A stretch of DNA of 64,000 bases, from the NCBI GenBank assembly GCA_964579825.1, contig CAZOHT010000011.1, positions 9,220 through 73,219 of the forward strand, in the 5' to 3' direction. The notes under the pieces are model-generated. The model worked only from the letters and a program-made list of their open reading frames with translations. It was not told the DNA's origin and made no database searches. The translations under genes and the position numbers were made by a program. Position 1 is the first letter of the stretch. The number at the start of each line of letters is the position of its first letter. This DNA is from an uncultured Anaerolineaceae bacterium. Lineage in GTDB: Bacteria; Chloroflexota; Limnocylindria; Limnocylindrales; CSP1-4. Positions 61,880 through 64,000 of the stretch are shown here, piece after piece.

Positions 61880-64000
61880 TCAGCTGCAGCCGCTGGTGCT
61901 CCCGCAGTTGAGGCACTTGTAGCAGGAGCCGTTGCGGACCATGATCGAGCCGCAGTCGGAGCAGCCGGGGGCGTCCGCCTGGGTCTGGAACGACACCTTG
62001 GTGGCGCCGAGGTTCAGGGTGATCGTGGAGGTACCGCCTCCGCCGTTGCCGTTGGCCGGCTTGGCCGAGCCGCCGTTCGCCGCAGCCGCGAGGGCATGGC
62101 CGTTGGTCGCGATGACCGCCAGTTCCTCGTGGACGGGCGCCGGGGCCGGAGCGACGGCCGTGGCGACGGGCTTGTCGGGTTCGACGGCCGGTGCCGGTGC
62201 CGGCTCAGGAGCCACGACCGGAGCGGGCTCCGGAGCGACGGCCTGGGTCGACCCGCCCGCCAGGAACGCGGCCGCGCCGGCCCCGAAGCCACTCGCCGGG
62301 GGCTCGTCACCGGTCTCGGCCGCGGGCTGGAGGCCGAGCGTGACCTTCTCCTCGGGGGACAGGAAGCGCGAGCCGAGCCAGCGGAAGATGTAGTCCACGA
62401 GGGACTTCGCGATCGGGATCTCCTGGTTGCCGGTGAAGCCGCTCGGCTCGAACCGGACGTGGGCGAACTTGTTGACCAGGTCGCGCAGCGGCACCCCGTA
62501 CTGGAGCGAGACGCTGACGGTGGTCGCGAAGGCGTCCATCAGGCCCGAGACGGTCGAGCCTTCCTTGGCCATCTTGAGGAAGATCTCACCGGGCTGGCCG
62601 TCCGGGTAGAGGCCGACGGTGATGTAGCCCTCGTGGCCGGCGATGTCGAACTTGTGCGTGATCGCCGTCCGCTCGGCCGGCAGGCGGCGTCGATGCGGGA
62701 GGGCGGCTTCGGCCTGGGCTCGAGCGAGCTGCTTGCGCAGCCCGTCGATGACCTCGTTGGTCGCCTCGGTGGAGGCGACATCGCCATCGGCCTTCTTGCC
62801 GGTGGACAGCGGCTGGCTGCGCTTGCTGTTGTCGCGGTAGACCGCGATGGCCTTGAGGCCGAGCTTCCAGCCTTCGAGATAGACGGTCTCGATCTCCTCG
62901 GCCGTGGCGGCCTCGGGCATGTTGACGGTCTTGCTGATGGCACCGCTCAGGAACGGCTGGACGGCGCCCATCATCCGGACGTGGCCCATGTAGTGGATGG
63001 ATCGCTCGCCGTTGGCGGGCTTGAACGCGCAGTCGAAGACCGGCAGGTGCTGTGGCTTGAGGTGCGGCGCACCCTCGATGGTCTCGCGCTCGTTGACGTA
63101 GGCGAGGATCTCGTCCACCTGCTCCGCGCCGTAGCCGAGCTTGCGCAGGGCGGCCGGGACGGTCTGGTTGACGATCTTGATGAAGCCCTCGCCGACGAGC
63201 TTCTTGTACTTGATGAGCGCGATGTCGGGCTCGATGCCGGTCGTATCGCAATCCATCATGAACGCGATGGTGCCGGTGGGCGCGAGCACGGTGACCTGGG
63301 CGTTGCGATAGCCGTAGTCCGTGCCGAGCTCCAGGGCCTCGTCGTAGACGGCCTTGGCGTTGTCGAGCAGGTCCTGCGGGACACCCTTCGTCGGGATCTC
63401 GTACGCCGCGTCGCGGTGCTTGTTGATGACGCGGAGGAACGGCGCGCGGTTCTCCTGGTAGGCCCAGAACGGACCGCCGTGATCGCGCGCGATGATCGAG
63501 GACTGCTTGTACGCCTCGCCGTGCATGATCGCGGTGAGGGCGGCCGCGAAGTTGCGACCTTCGTCGCTGTCGTAGGCCAGGCCGCGGCTCATCAGCAGCG
63601 CGCCGAGGTTGGCGTAGCCGAGTCCGAGCGGTCGGAACTTGTGGCTGTTCTCCTCGATCTGCGGCGTCGGGTACGAGGCGTTGTCGACCAGGATCTCCTG
63701 GGCGGTCAGGGTCAGCTTGGCCGCGTACCGGTAGCTCTCGACGTCGAACTCGCCGTCCGCATCCACGAACTTCATGAGGTTCAGCGACGCGAGGTTGCAG
63801 GCGGTGTCGTTGAGGAACATGTACTCGGAGCACGGGTTGGACGCGTAGATCGGTGCCGTGTTCGAGCTGGTGTGCCAGTCGTTGATGGTGGTGTCGTACT
63901 GGATGCCCGGGTCGCCGCACAGGTGGGCCGCCTCGGCCATCTTGCGGAAGACGTCGCGGGCCTTGTACGTGTCCATCGGCGCGCCACCGACGACCGCGTG
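61880..64000 (-). CDS. nrdJ: Adenosylcobalamin-dependent ribonucleotide reductase, class II; the N-terminal part lies beyond the window
   Basis: SNPCSEY active-site Cys region. The C-terminal zinc finger is CSDCGSIMVRNGSCYKCLNCGSTSGCS. The frame stays open to nt 64000. Confidence 0.9.
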   Translation of the reverse strand, partial: HAVVGGAPMDTYKARDVFRKMAEAAHLCGDPGIQYDTTINDWHTSSNTAPIYASNPCSEYMFLNDTACNLASLNLMKFVDADGEFDVESYRYAAKLTLTAQEILVDNASYPTPQIEENSHKFRPLGLGYANLGALLMSRGLAYDSDEGRNFAAALTAIMHGEAYKQSSIIARDHGGPFWAYQENRAPFLRVINKHRDAAYEIPTKGVPQDLLDNAKAVYDEALELGTDYGYRNAQVTVLAPTGTIAFMMDCDTTGIEPDIALIKYKKLVGEGFIKIVNQTVPAALRKLGYGAEQVDEILAYVNERETIEGAPHLKPQHLPVFDCAFKPANGERSIHYMGHVRMMGAVQPFLSGAISKTVNMPEAATAEEIETVYLEGWKLGLKAIAVYRDNSKRSQPLSTGKKADGDVASTEATNEVIDGLRKQLARAQAEAALPHRRRLPAERTAITHKFDIAGHEGYITVGLYPDGQPGEIFLKMAKEGSTVSGLMDAFATTVSVSLQYGVPLRDLVNKFAHVRFEPSGFTGNQEIPIAKSLVDYIFRWLGSRFLSPEEKVTLGLQPAAETGDEPPASGFGAGAAAFLAGGSTQAVAPEPAPVVAPEPAPAPAVEPDKPVATAVAPAPAPVHEELAVIATNGHALAAAANGGSAKPANGNGGGGTSTITLNLGATKVSFQTQADAPGCSDCGSIMVRNGSCYKCLNCGSTSGCS

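Overview
High-GC window (about 70% by eye) that is densely coding and chromosomal in character. The gene content looks Actinomycetota- or Chloroflexota-like: F420-type PPOX and LLM enzymes, a PAC2 protein, ThyX, class II RNR, DesA-type desaturase and VapBC. I support about 70 protein-coding genes. I found no rRNA, tRNA, CRISPR array, transposase or integrase. All calls rest on reading motifs in the supplied translations and on start codon / Shine-Dalgarno inspection. No searches were run. Many long ORFs in the track are high-GC alternate-frame artefacts or N-terminally over-extended, so I re-set many starts and checked each against the track frame.

Content, in order along the window:
- moaA (5' partial), punA, an EamA transporter and thyX.
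- A cyclic-nucleotide locus: a cyclase-NTPase-TPR protein, two proteins that are only a cNMP-binding (CNB) domain, and a flavoenzyme.
- An aminotransferase, a CocE/NonD hydrolase, a NUDIX hydrolase and vapBC.
- A sarcosine-oxidase-like gene followed by a five-gene peptide-type ABC importer and a DinB-family gene.
- An aquaporin, an aldolase, an MFS transporter, tag, a SpoIID-like protein, cell-wall genes and RidA.
- Two ABC-2 exporters flanking an unusual N-terminally extended GreA.
- rhlE, ybaK, and an ArsR-MFS operon divergent from a DUF2089-DUF4097-SHOCT operon.
- An amidohydrolase, an HhH-GPD protein, and a HipA-like kinase paired with DUF3037.
- desA, PAC2, F420-type enzymes, several lipoproteins, MerR and TetR units, and nrdJ (5' partial).

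Observations most worth follow-up:
1. The STAND-type cyclase with its two CNB-only proteins and coupled flavoenzyme.
2. The GreA fusion.
3. The HipA-like/DUF3037 pair.
4. A hairpin plus U-tract that sequesters the SD of a two-zinc-ribbon Gly/Ser/Tyr-rich protein.
5. An unannotated 35-codon hydrophobic ORF behind a structured leader.
6. A cluster of five DnaA-box-like 9-mers upstream of punA.
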